Source: Malacoraja senta
Taxonomy: Eukaryota
DNA length: 64,000 nucleotides
Direction of reading: 5' to 3'
Assembly (NCBI GenBank): GCA_038087875.1
Contig: CM075977.1
Coordinates: 135,904,001 to 135,968,000 of the forward strand
This document shows, piece by piece, positions 51,668-64,000 of the stretch (position 1 is the first letter of the stretch; every line of letters begins with the position of its first letter). A program made the translations under genes and the position numbers. Under the pieces are notes generated by a model that worked only from the letters and a program-made list of their open reading frames with translations, did no database searches and was not told where the DNA came from.

Positions 51668-51838
51668 GAACTCAAAGAAACTAGAAAGAGACACGAGACC
51701 CGTCTGGTTGAAGTGGATTCTGGTCGCTTTGTTGACTATGAGCATAAACTGACCAAAGCTCTTCAGGAATTAAGAGAACAACATGATCAACAAGTGAAAG
51801 CCTATAAAGAGGAACTGGAGAAAAACTTCCAAAACAAA
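51668..51838 (+). CDS. LMNB1: Lamin B1 exon 4
   Basis: ctgcag|GAACTC...AACAAA|gtaata; 171 nt; [28 protein letters not shown]...[10 protein letters not shown]. Confidence 0.97.
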
Positions 51839-52983
51839 GTAATAAAAAAAACTGGTCCCATCATTTACAAAAAAAAGATGTGGATGGCACAGTAACATAG
51901 ATTACCCAAAAAGTGTTAATGTTTCAGAAAAAATGTGACTCAAATTTAACAATTTTTCTTTTGGGTGGGATTAAGCTGAAGTGGGTGCGGAAATGACTCA
52001 GAAGGATGTTTCCAGGACAGGATGCCTTGAGTTACGAGGAGGACAGGATGTTTTTGTGTGGAGCGATAAAGGCTGAGGGGTGACATTACAGATGTTTATG
52101 AATTCATGATGACTATAGATGAGGTGGATGGTTACTGTCTTTCCTCCAGAGGAGTCTAAAATAGCGGATTGAAGGAGAATTAAAGGACGTTCTTTTAGGA
52201 AGGTGATGAGGAGAAATATCTTTAGTCAGAGCGTATTGAATCTGTGGTACTCTTTGCCACAGAAGGCTGTAGAGGTCAAGTCTCTGGATATTTTTACGAC
52301 AGAGATAGATAGATTTTTGATTAGTACGGGTGTCAGAGGTTATGGGGAGAAGGCAGGAGAATGGGGTTAGGAGGGAGAGGTAAATCAGACAGGATTGAAA
52401 GGCAGAGTAGACGAAGCGCCGAATGGCCTAATTCTACTTCTATCACATGACTTTATGACCTTGAAAGGTTACGATATAAGGATATTTGAATGGTCTTGTG
52501 GCTTTGAATAATTCTAATCAATCTTCAACATTGACTTTCTGTACCTTCAATGTGGTGATAACCTTGGCTGCTTGCAAAAGTCCATACGTCTTGTGAAAGT
52601 TCAATATATCTATATGAAATGTCAGAATGTTCTCTCACTGATAAGCTGGGGGGCAATGTTAGCTGTGAGGAGGTACTCAAAAATGCTGGAGAAACTCAGC
52701 GGGTGCAGCAGCATCTATGGAGCGAAGGGGATAGGCAATGTTTCGGGCCGAAACCCTTCAGACTGTGAGGAGGATGCTAGGAGGCTGCAAGGTGACTTGG
52801 ATAGGTTGGGTGAGTGAGCAAATGCATGGCAGATGCAGTATAATGTGGATAAATTTGAGGTTATCCACTTTGGTGGAAAGAACAGGAAAGTAGACTATTA
52901 TCTGAATGGTGGCCGATTAGGAAAAGGGGAGATGCAACGAGACCTGGGTGTCATGGTACACCAGTCATTGAAAGTAGGCATGC

Positions 52984-53183
52984 NNNNNNNNNNNNNNNNN
53001 NNNNNNNNNNNNNNNNNNNNNNNNNNNNNNNNNNNNNNNNNNNNNNNNNNNNNNNNNNNNNNNNNNNNNNNNNNNNNNNNNNNNNNNNNNNNNNNNNNNN
53101 NNNNNNNNNNNNNNNNNNNNNNNNNNNNNNNNNNNNNNNNNNNNNNNNNNNNNNNNNNNNNNNNNNNNNNNNNNNNNNNNNNN
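52984..53183. other. Assembly gap (200 N), probably hiding LMNB1 exons 5 and 6
   Basis: Run of N; coil-2 exons (LENARL..., ...AYRKLLEGEEER) are absent between exons 4 and 7. Confidence 0.9.
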
Positions 53184-53500
53184 AGTCTGTAGCTTGTTTT
53201 GGGTATGCACCAGTGACCTCAGCTGAGGTAGAAAGAAGTTTTTCACAACTGAAGCATATCTGTCTGACAGACGCCATAGTCTAACACCAGATAATTTGAA
53301 AAAAATGCTGGTAATTGTGTGCAACCAGGCAACCGTGGTCATTTAATGTAGTATACCTTTATATTATCATTTTAAACCATATTTCGGTGGAAATAAATGC
53401 CTTTTATGCCTTTTTTTGTCAATCAATGTCTTTTTCGTGCCTTTTTTGTAATTTTATTATGCCATTTTGCCTGCCTATTTCAGTGTTTTTTAGTGCCTAA

Positions 53501-53763
<263 letters not shown>

Positions 53764-53840
53764 GTACAAGTGGGAGAAAAGACTTGCGAGGTACATTAGA
53801 TGCAAGTTAGATGTGTGCTGATTTTTGTTTCTTAAAACAG

Positions 53841-53945
53841 GATCAACATATGGGTGGCTGGGAACTGATCCGAAAAATTGGTGATGGAGTTGTCTCCTAC
53901 AAGTTTACCACTAAGTATGTGTTGAAGGCTGGACAAACGACTACT
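53841..53945 (+). CDS. LMNB1: Lamin B1 exon 8
   Basis: aaacag|GATCAA...ACTACT|gtaagt; 105 nt; [35 protein letters not shown]. Confidence 0.97.
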
Positions 53946-56900
53946 GTAAGTTTAAGCTTAATTAAAATTAATATTGATGTGCTGAAAAACTACTCTTTAG
54001 CCTCTACTGAGATGCTGCAGTGTAATAGTAGGATAAGAAACAAAAAATAATTTAAATGGAGGTTAGAAAATCCATTGGAGCTTATAACCAGCAACTTCTG
54101 AAATGTCTGGTCTATGATAGGGAGCTTTCCTTTTGGATTTTAATGCTACCTTTGGAAATAAGTGCTTTGTGTCTATTCAAACGGAATTACCAATTATTAA
54201 AGAACCCAAATTTTGCGTTACTGTGGCAGCTCCCAGAAACTCTGGAGAGGGGTGGTTATGGATTCAGGAATATCGAGCACTAAAATGAAAGGTTTTTGTC
54301 ATAACTGATTTTTATATTTATTACTGCAAGCTAAAAATGCTCAAGACTATATGATACACTGGTATATCATTGGACAAATATCAATAGAAGAGATCACTTG
54401 TCAACTTAGTGGCCTTCCGTGATGAAAATATCGGCTGTGTTCCCAAGAGATTGAAAATGAATTAACACCAACGAAACCCACATCATACAAATAATTGATC
54501 TATTCCTAAAAATATCCTAATTCATCAATAACATTATATCCACTTTGCATCATGTACATTATATCAGTTCTATAATGTACTTCTATAGTGTAGGTTAATT
54601 GTTAAACCTGTTTCCTAACATTGCCCTCATAAAACAGTCGTATTGAGAAGGAGAAAAGACTTGCTAAACTGGAGAAACTTGGATAGTTCTCCTTTGAAGA
54701 AAATCAGATGGAAGTGTTTAAAAACTAGGTTATAGACATTAGATAGGGAAACCTATTTCAGAATAGAAAGAGCCAAGAACCAAATGTGATTTACAGAAAA
54801 CCGTCTTTGCATGTTTAGGGTCGGGAATGTATGCCTGGGGTAGTAGTGGAAATTGATTCAATTGTAGTATTTAAAGGGGAGCTGGTTAATTATCTGAAAT
54901 GAAAGAATTTGCTGGATGCTGGGGTGGGGGTTGTGGGAATACCTGGATTGCCTATTTAGGGTTGATGTGGATTTGCTGAATGGCTGCGTTCTATGCTTTA
55001 ACAGTTCAGTGGTTCTGTATTTTATCATAGAAATTAATGGTTGATACATTTGTATGAAGCTTATAGTAACCGAGAACCTGATTTTGGCAAATTAAAACTG
55101 AAGGAGAACCCAAATTGAGCCCCAAATAAATATAATGTACATCAAGCCTTATTATTGCTGCCCTTTTATTTCCTGAATCCTTTTGTCTAACCCTGCATTC
55201 GGCTTTTATCCAATCTATTTTCCTAGGTATTGTTGTATGCCATTTTTCCATTTATTACCCTAAATGGTGGTCTGTGTGTATCGAGTCATTAACTCTGGTT
55301 TATTCTCTATTACTATCTGATATTGTGTACTGTGTGCCTGCAGGGTTGGAAGGAAGATCCATATGCACTGTAGGATCAATTATTTATTTTCTTTCAGGGT
55401 GTATCTTTGTTGGCATGAGGCAGCATTTAATTATTTTCCAAAATTACACTGGAGAAGGAAGCTGTTCTTTTGCTCCACAGTTGGTCTGGTGTAGCTGCAT
55501 GCACTGCGCTGTTAGATGATGAGTTTCAGAGCTTGGTTAATACATTTCCAGTTTTGTGGCTTAAAGGGGATTCTGCAGTTGTTGTTTCCATGCATCTGCT
55601 ACCTTTGTCCTTGATTGTGAAGGATGTAGCCTCCTGTGTATCTTTACCTACTCCATTACTACCCCCAGCTCTTTATGTACTTGTTTATCTTAGTCATTTT
55701 AGGATGGTTAAAATATTCTGTAGTGATTTTATTATTTTACTTGTGTTCCTGCTTATTTACTCCTTTTTCCTTCATTACCCTTCCCACTAACTTGTAGTCT
55801 CTGGACTAAATCTATGGTATTGTTGAGAAGACACAAAGTACTGGAGTAACTCGGCAGGTCAGGCAGCATCTTTGGCGAACATGGATGATGTTCTCTGGAC
55901 CAGTTGGCACATAGTACATGAAAACCTCACATGAGGTTTTTGGTCATGGCTCTTCTGGTCACCTATGCACGTTCTCCAGAGATGCTGCTTGACCTGCTGA
56001 GTTTTCCCCCCCAGCACTTTTTGTCTTTTGTAAACCAGTTTTTAGAGTATTTTGTTCAGTTTTGTTCACCATGTTACTGGGAAGATAGTCAAGCTTGAAA
56101 GGGTTCAGAGAAGATTTGCCAGGACTCGAGGTTGAACAGGCTGCAGCTTTATTCCATGGAGTGCAGGAGAATGAGGGATGATCTTGGAGGTGTACAAAAT
56201 AATGCGAGGAATAGATTGGGTAAACACACAGTCGTTTGCCCAGAGTAGGGGAATCGAGAACCAGGGAACATAGGTTTAAGGCCACAGTTCTCAACCTGGG
56301 GTAAATTCACCCACACAGGGGGTAAATTTGTTGATTCTGCATTTGTACATATTTTTTTCTCATTGACTGACTCTGGTTCTGGTATCTGGTCATCATTAGT
56401 TGTTCATAAATAAGTGAAATAACACTGTTATAATAATAATAATTAATTTTATTTACGGGCGCCTTATACCGAGGTCTCAAGGACACCTTACAGAGATTTA
56501 TAGGAAACATATAATCAGAATTTAAAAAAAAAAAGCTATAAAGACCAATACACAAATCAGGGACAGAAATCCTTAAAGTAGCCAGGGGTAAACGGGTAAC
56601 CTTTTTACCAAAGGGTGGCGGGTGTATGGAACAAGCTGCTGGAGGCAGGTACTATTGCAACGTTTTGAGAAGGTTTTTGGGACATCACATTAGACAGGTA
56701 CATGGATAGGATAGGTTTACACGGATATGGGCCAAACGCAGGGAGGTGGGATTAGTGTAGATGGAACATGTTGGTCGGCATGGGCAAGTTGGGCCGAAGG
56801 ATCTGTTTCCATGCTGTACGACTCTCAGCACATGCAGCTCCTTGTTTCTCTAAGGTTAGTTGATCATTTATTACCCATCAGGGTTCTGTTGTTTTATTGA

Positions 56901-57326
56901 TTAACATTTTTTTCTACTGGCATTGTTAGCTCTGATACCACATTCACATTTGACAGTTTCTAATTGTTAATATCCTGCAGTGTTTAGTTCTGTCCTGCTT
57001 TTTCTTCAGTCTTTTTGTAAATCTTCATGCCTGGTTCATCTTAATGTATTATTGCCTTTTCGTCTGGTTTGATTAGGGATAATATATGCCCTGCTGTGCA
57101 GAAAATCCATTTTTTACTTTCTTATAATTTGTTGATTCACTGATTAATTAATGTCCTTGCTTGATTTAATCTGATCTGTGTTTTTATCTACTATTTAATC
57201 CAAGGAGCTCTTAACTTGTTTACCATGTTAAAATGTTTACCATGAATTGTGGACACTGGTGATAAATTTATGTTGGTTGTGCTTAATGTTGGTTGTGCTT
57301 AATGTTCAATAATCTCACCACTACAG

Positions 57327-57443
57327 ATCTGGGCTTCTGATGCTGGTGTAGTGTCTTCTCCTGCCAATCTGATCTGGAAGAATCAAAAAGCTTGGGTCAC
57401 TGGGGCAGATGTGAAAGTAGTTCTCAGGAATTTGCAGGGAGAG
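57327..57443 (+). CDS. LMNB1: Lamin B1 exon 9
   Basis: ctacag|ATCTGG...GGAGAG|gtaacg; 117 nt; [39 protein letters not shown]. Confidence 0.96.
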
Positions 57444-58275
57444 GTAACGTTTCTTTCAATTACTGAGAACAATTTAGCAAAATCATACCATGTTTGTCTT
57501 TTAAAATTGGAAGATTGTTGATGCTTCTGTGTTCCTATGAATATTTTTTTCTGAAGATTAAATATATTGTCTATGTACTGTTGAGAGAGAAAAAGGGTAT
57601 GAGGGTATTGTACGCAATTGAATGAAACCGCTATCAAATGTACCGTATTTCCCGGCAATGAAGATGCTATTTTGTTAACTTAAAATAAGGCCCGAAAATT
57701 TACCCGCGTCTTGGATGCCGAAGGTTAGATTGTTAGCCAAGAAAGATAGACTTGGCTATCCCTCAGTACAGCAACATCAAGAACGATGTTGCTGTATTTG
57801 GCTGTACTGACTGCCAAGTCTATCCCTCATTGCTGGCAGCTAATTTAAAAGGACAGCGCCGTGGGGGGGGAAGAGTTCCTTTCACAGCGTGTGGGGAGTC
57901 TGGCAGGAGCGTTGAGAAGGAGGGGGTTGGGGATCATGCCAGCAACTCACTCAGTAGCTCGGGTGGCTGCGAGCGGCCACCGTGACCATTCTGCGGAACC
58001 GGCCGCCACCTCTGCGCCTTCTGCCGACCCGCCCGCCAGTCAGCCACGGTGTCCTTCGGCACAGACGCAACCGGTAGAGGTGGTGGTTGGCGGGTAGCTA
58101 CTGGGGGTGCGAAAAGATAATCGGCTACAATCAGCTACCTGTTAATTTGCTTTTTTACAAAACATATTTAATTATCTGTAAATCTAAAGACATTTTATAG
58201 AACAGGGTTTGCAGTGCTATTCTACAGTTTAGTTAAGTCTCATTTGGAAATTAACCTTGCTGATTTCTCCTGCAG

Positions 58276-58371
58276 GAAGTGGCTGAGAGAAGCACAATTT
58301 TTACCACCACTCTTCTTGAGGAGGAAGAGGAAGAAATCGAGGTTAAAGATGAAGACCTTTTCCATCAACAA
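58276..58371 (+). CDS. LMNB1: Lamin B1 exon 10 (acidic tail)
   Basis: ctgcag|GAAGTG...CAACAA|gtaggt; 96 nt; EVAERSTIFTTTLLEEEEEEIEVKDEDLFHQQ. Confidence 0.96.
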
Positions 58372-59468
58372 GTAGGTCTACCTCTAATAATTGAAATCAT
58401 ACAATGGAAATTTGAAGGAAAACAACTGTGGTTTTGATTAACTGGTACAACAAACTTTGTTTAGAATCGGTAGCGGAAAGAATGCTCAACTGATTGCAGG
58501 TCCTCCCCAATTTACGACAGGGTATTGTTCTTGAGAATTGTTTATAACCTGAACAGCTCACCAGTTGGAAATGTGGCTTGACAGAAGATGCCTACAGAAG
58601 TGGATTGCCCAATAGGAATAGATCATCTGGAGCTTTTTTAATCTCTTTTTGCCATTCCTAATAAAGCTGACGTTAACAAATTTAACCCAAGCCTATCTCA
58701 GACTAATAATATACTTAAAACATTTTTTGCTGCAGATAAGGTTCTAAATGCTATTTGTGCATTAAAACAGACCGCCGTTAGCCAAGAAGGTGTATCTCTA
58801 GATAGTATTCACAAACTGAACATCAACATGTTAACTAGAATGTATTTCTCATGGATTTTATGTGGCAAAACTCCAGTTAATATCAAGAACAGTCGGGCGT
58901 AGCCCTGCAACAGGCAGCAAATCCATGCTGCCTGTCCCCCCCCCCCCCCCCCCCCAAATGCTCGCTTGTGTTTTGGTGGTGCGTAGGTTGGATGTTTGTC
59001 ACCCGGAGATGATTTGTGTACACTGATGCATGGGTTGTAATGTGGTGTTAAGGGACAAATGCACCCTGGATATGGTTGGCATTGAGAGAGGTTCTAATGG
59101 TCAGATATATTTTTGCGCCATGCTGTTGATGAAGCAAAATAGAAACAACATGATATAATCCTGTAAAGAGCAGCATCTTTATCCAGGCTTTTTTCATACG
59201 ATCGCCATGCCATAGGAAGCTTAACCTTATGAATACTTTCTTCATCTTGCCACCCTTCTTTGCCTGTCAAGCTACCCTTTAGGCATTCGTAGACATACAC
59301 ACCAAAGTCCCTTGGCCTTTCATGCTGAATATCTGCTATTTATTATGTATTCCCTTCTCTTGTTAAACCGCCATAAATTTATTACCTTGCACTGCTCTGG
59401 TTTAAGATCCATTTGCTCCTTTTATTCTCCAACTGTCCAGATGACTCTCCCTAGAGTTTATAGCTTTA

Positions 59469-59753
59469 TGGCCCTGTCCCACTTTTCCGAGTTACTCACG
59501 AACTCCCGGGTTTTCCCCTTGATTCGAACACGGAGAATTGCGGTAATAGCCGTTCGTGGGTACTCGGGGCTATTTTTTTAAACTCGCGGACATTTTTCAA
59601 CATCAACTTACCTGATTCCCCCGAGATCCTACGGCTGGCATTACGAGCCGCTACGAAACATCTACGGACTCGCTACCGACATTCCCCGAGTTCGAATCAA
59701 GGGGAAAACTCGGGAGAGTTCGTGAGTAACTCGGAAAAGTGGGACAGGGCCCA
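59469..59753. mobile_element. PIF/Harbinger-like MITE with long TIRs
   Basis: About 60-bp inverted ends GGCCCTGTCCCACTTTTCCGAGTTACTCACGAACTC...; the terminus resembles 44442-45044. Confidence 0.8.
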
Positions 59754-60955
59754 CTATTTGAGGGTTAATCTCGTATTTTTTGTTCTACTTGCAAACCACT
59801 TTACCTTGTCCTCTGCATTTGGGTCTTCAACCATAATATGGATAAAGAAGCAAAGGATGAATTACTGACCCTTCAGAACATCGCCTGTTAATGGTCTTCC
59901 AGAGACACAACCATCTATAAATAATTTCTGTTTTCTGCCAAAAAGAATGGTGGACAGTAATCGTCAGATTTCCTTGCTTATGATTGACCCGATACCAAGT
60001 GTCTGACGTTGGTGGTGTGAATCGCACAGTTTATCACTGCACCACCATGTTTGGTGTGTTGTCCTGTAGGCAGGATGTGGTCAGATTGTGTGCAATGGCT
60101 TTCCTGATTTAGACATCCAGATATTTGGGAAAGTGAAAAATAAAGTGCAAGAGTAACTCGGCGGATCAGACAGCATCTCTGGAGAATATAGATAAACAAC
60201 ATTTTGGGTCAGGACCTTTCTTTAGTTTACTTGAGAGAGGGACTGTGGAAAACAAGTTGGGGCAGGAGTTGCATGCCTTGCCGCACCCAATTTGATTCCA
60301 CTAAATGACAAACATGGCTATTGAGCGTATGGATTTGCACCTTTGGCTTGACGAAATGTGGTGGAAAATGTCCTTGAAGAGTATTACCCAATCAGTATTT
60401 TTGGCAGTTTGGTTTCATGGTTACCATTATTTGTATGTATTTTTCAGTTCAATGTTTTTTAACTAATTGGATTCCTTTCCCTTCCCGCTCCCATCAATCC
60501 CACTGCCATGATTGGATTTACTCTCCGTTCTGAGTGTCATTTAAAATACTTCTCTTTGCTATTTTCCATTGGTATATACTGCATTTCTGAATTGCATTGG
60601 AACCAAAGACCTTGTAATAAATTGTGTTAACAGGCTTGTTCATCTGCAGCAAGTAAGAATTTTATTGTTCCGTTGCTGGTACATAGGGCAACTTAATACT
60701 CTTGAATTACTCCAACAGTAGAAAATGCTCTTTTTCAACGCTTGGTTGCATCAGTTAATGTCAATTATAATCATACAGTTGTCATCACTGCAAATACTAC
60801 TTATTTTATTTATATAATATATAAATATAATGTTGTATTTGCAGTGATGGTAGCTACATATATAGCTGTCTGATATATATATATATTATATATATATGTG
60901 TGTTATGTATGTATATGTGTGTGTGTATATATGTATATATATGTGTGTGTATATA

Positions 60956-61351
60956 TCTATATACTATTAAAACTGTGTGTGTGTGTGGATGTATGTGGAT
61001 GTGTTTATTTATTTGTGGGTGTCACATTTGGCCTTTGATTCCTTGCTCCGCCAAAACCACACGCGAACACTCCGCGATTTTTTCCATTTCGCTAGACATT
61101 ACACTTTTACATACCCTAACACTCCTTATTAGATTTAGACATTTTTTATGTACACATTTTAAAATAAAATCCACCCCCCCCCCCCCCACTCACTCATTTT
61201 GTCTCCTCCTGCTGGCCAGCCACCATAACGGCTGCTGCCGACCGGCTCTGCTCCAAAAACGACGCCATTTTCTTTCTTTCCCTAGCGATTTTCGCCCCGG
61301 GGTCTGAAGCACGTTCGGGGTCCAGACCCAACGGGTCTGCTCTTGGTCTAG
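60956..61351 (+). mobile_element. Non-autonomous Helitron (396 bp) inside a (TA/TG)n microsatellite
   Basis: A|TCTATATACTATTAAAACTG ... CAGACCC-AAC-GGGTCTG hairpin (61323-61339) ... CTAG|T. Confidence 0.85.
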
Positions 61352-61390
<39 letters not shown>

Positions 61391-61403
61391 ATGTATATGT
61401 GTG

Positions 61404-61436
<33 letters not shown>

Positions 61437-61523
61437 TGGGTGAAATAATCACATTGTTCTGCATTCCACTAGTTTACTAAAACTAGTGCTTTAATTTGTA
61501 TATTGATTTATTTTTGTTTTTAG

Positions 61524-61565
61524 GGAGATCCAAGAGCAGCCAACAGAAGCTGTGCAGTAATGTGA
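61524..61565 (+). CDS. LMNB1: Lamin B1 exon 11 with CAAX box
   Basis: ttttag|GGAGAT; GDPRAANRSCAVM* (human GTPRASNRSCAIM). Confidence 0.97.
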   Translation, partial: GDPRAANRSCAVM

Positions 61566-62159
61566 TCATCTTCCAAGACCACTTCTTCAAAAACATACTG
61601 CCTATGTTAAACTTTTACTATTTAGAAATTGAAACTATTTTTGTATTTCAGTAATTTGTATTTTAGATATTTTGTTAATTTCTTTTTGTATACATGACAT
61701 GGTCCAGGACTTTTTTTACACTGTTACTGAGAATTTTTAGAACATTGCAAGGATTAGAATTTAACAAAACCTACTATGAATGACTTTTTAAAACTACAGA
61801 AGATGTTTATCTGAGCATGATTACAGATCAAACCAATGAGATGTAATTTGTGTAGATGCAGAAACCAGAGTCATTTTGGGCAGCTTGCAAATGTTACTGG
61901 ACCTTGACTTAAAACCTGCAGCAGGAAAGGGGCGAATAGGCATCTTGCTAAAGACTTATAAATTTACAATAGCACAGCACTGAGCTTAATCTTAATGTCT
62001 TTTTTAAAATGTTTAAACCACTTTGGCCAAATTGTAACACAAACTGGGTTGAACATTTCTTGTTTGGTAGCATTTCCTTGTAGTGGAGGGGAACATGGTG
62101 TGCTTGAATGCAATGTTTTAATGTAGTGGTGACCTGCTTGAGTTTTCATGGCAAATATA

Positions 62160-62180
62160 AATAAAACATTGTTTAATAAA
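62160..62180 (+). terminator. LMNB1 polyadenylation signals
   Basis: Two AATAAA (62160-62165, 62175-62180) about 600 nt after the stop codon. Confidence 0.7.
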
Positions 62181-62879
62181 ATGTTATTTCCTGAGATTGA
62201 ATTTGCTTCTTTAAAGTTCAAGGCACATCAACGTTTCTGTTTTTACTATAAAATTGCCAGTGTGTATCATTACCAGTGCCTTGCGTTTAAATTTTTTTGA
62301 ATATGGCCTTTTGATAGTTTTAAATTTATTATTGTTACCTGTTGTGTGCTCTTCAGTCGATGAAAAGATTATAGCGGATTACAATCAAACTGTCCAGTGT
62401 ACAGATAAAGGGAAGATGCAGTAAAGTCCGATTAAAGATAGGCCAAGGGTCTCCAATGAGGTAGATAGATCAGGACTGCACTCTAGTTGGTGATAGTATG
62501 ATTACAACTTTCTCTTGTGCACATTTATTCTAGTTTGCATGATTATGATAGTGGGGTCCAGAGGGTAACAACTGTGGATTTTACAAAGTTCATGGAACAT
62601 TGAAATTTGCACTAATTACTACACAAATGTTTGGGAGAGGCATTGAAAAGCATTTACAATTCAAAGATTGGGATTTTCTTGCACAGCTATTGTTTGTTAA
62701 GATTATTTGCTTTCTCCTAACCTCTGGCCAGAGAACAGCAACAATAGCAAATGCTTCCTGAAGAACACTTGGATAAAGAAAGCAACAGGTAGTTGAGCAA
62801 ATTTAATCAGCTCATGCAGAGAAATGTACCTTAATGTTGATTCTAGCTAATAATTAAAAAATTGTAGTAATAGCAGGAG

Positions 62880-63500
62880 TGGTTCACTTCCCCCCTCCAC
62901 TCCATTCCAGGACCCAAGCAGTCGTTCCAGGTGCGACAGAGGTTCACCTGCATCTCCTCCAACCTCATCTATTGCATTCGCTGCTCTAGATGCCAGCTGA
63001 TCTACATCGGTGAGACCAAGCGGAGGCTTGGCGATCGTTTCGCTAAACACCTCCGGTCGGTCCGCAATAACCAACCTGAACTCCCGGTGGCTCAGCACTT
63101 CAACTCCCCCTCCCATTCCGTATCTGACCTCTCTGTCCTGGGTCTCCTCCATGGCCACAGCGAGCAACACCGTAAATTGGAGGAAATGCACCTCATATTC
63201 CGCTTGGGCAGTCTACATCCTGGTGGCCTGAACGTTGAATTCTCCCAATTCTGCTAGCCCTGGCTGTCCCCTCCCCTTCATCAGCCATCTGGTTGTCTCC
63301 TCCCCTCCCCCAGCCCTCGGGCTCCTCCTTTTCCTTTTTTCCTTTCTTCTCCCCACCCCCTATCAGTCTGAAGAAGGGTTTCGGCCCGAAACGTTACCTA
63401 TTTCCTTCGCTCCATAGATGCTGCTGCACCCGCTGAGTTTCTCCAGCATTTTTTTGTGTACCTTCGATTTTCCAGCATCTGCAGTTCCTTCTTTAACACA
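62880..63500 (+). mobile_element. Penelope-like element 3' end with GIY-YIG ORF and hammerhead motif (63368-63395)
   Basis: FTCISSNLIYCIRCSRCQLIYIGETKRRLGDRFAKH...HPGGLN; CTGAAGA-A-GGGT(TTCG)GCCC-GAAAC-GTT. Confidence 0.9.
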
Positions 63501-64000
63501 GTCATCTCCTAATGTTTGCCTTGCAGTTGGTTAGATTTAGTGTAATGATTTACCTCTGTCATTTTCCTGCACTAACCCCATATCCTTTGGTTTAAAGTAA
63601 AACGGGGGGGTTAGTGTGAAACATAGAAAATAGGTGCAGGAGTAGGCCATTTGGCCCTTCGAGCCTGGACCTGGCTGATCATCCAAAAATCAGTACCCTG
63701 TTCCTGCTTTTCCCCCCATATTCCTTGATTCCATTCGCCCCAAGAGCTATATCTAACTCAGTGAAGGAGATGAGGCAGGTTTTGAACACAATGATGGGTG
63801 TCTGGAAACTGGTGTTTCATTGTTGACCAGTTCCTTATACCTATGGAGTGGGCTACCAGTGTGAGTGGTATTGATATCTGCAGGGGAAGCTCATGGTGAT
63901 GTATAGCCAATAGAGTTACTCATATCCATGGGAAATCCATAATTCCCACACATGACCCATGGGACATTGGATATATTTGGCCAAAAAATGCCACCACTGC

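Overview
Vertebrate nuclear DNA, repeat-rich; the repeat families suggest a cartilaginous fish such as a skate or ray (inference). Two spliced genes lie on the + strand. (1) The last four coding exons of a JTB-family gene (1422-11488). (2) Lamin B1 (LMNB1, ATG 21498 to stop 61565, C-terminal CAAX = CAVM). Exons 1-4 and 7-11 are visible; exons 5-6 are missing and probably lie in a 200-N gap (52984-53183); exon 7 has a 1-nt frameshift that is probably a sequencing error. Between the genes sits one isolated minus-strand exon resembling an SLC6 (SLC6A14-like) transporter. The rest is mobile DNA: CR1, Rex1/Babar and L1-like LINEs, tRNA-SINEs, Penelope-like elements with many minimal hammerhead-ribozyme motifs, two non-autonomous Helitrons, and Harbinger, Tigger, hAT-Charlie, P-like and a twice-inserted 2.2-kb CAGGG element with 5/6-bp TSDs. 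Highlights: JTB-like next to LMNB1 (possible retained ohnolog), the orphan SLC6 exon, the hammerhead set, a four-level TE nest and several hairpins. Repeat boundaries are approximate unless TIRs/TSDs are quoted; human comparisons are from recall.
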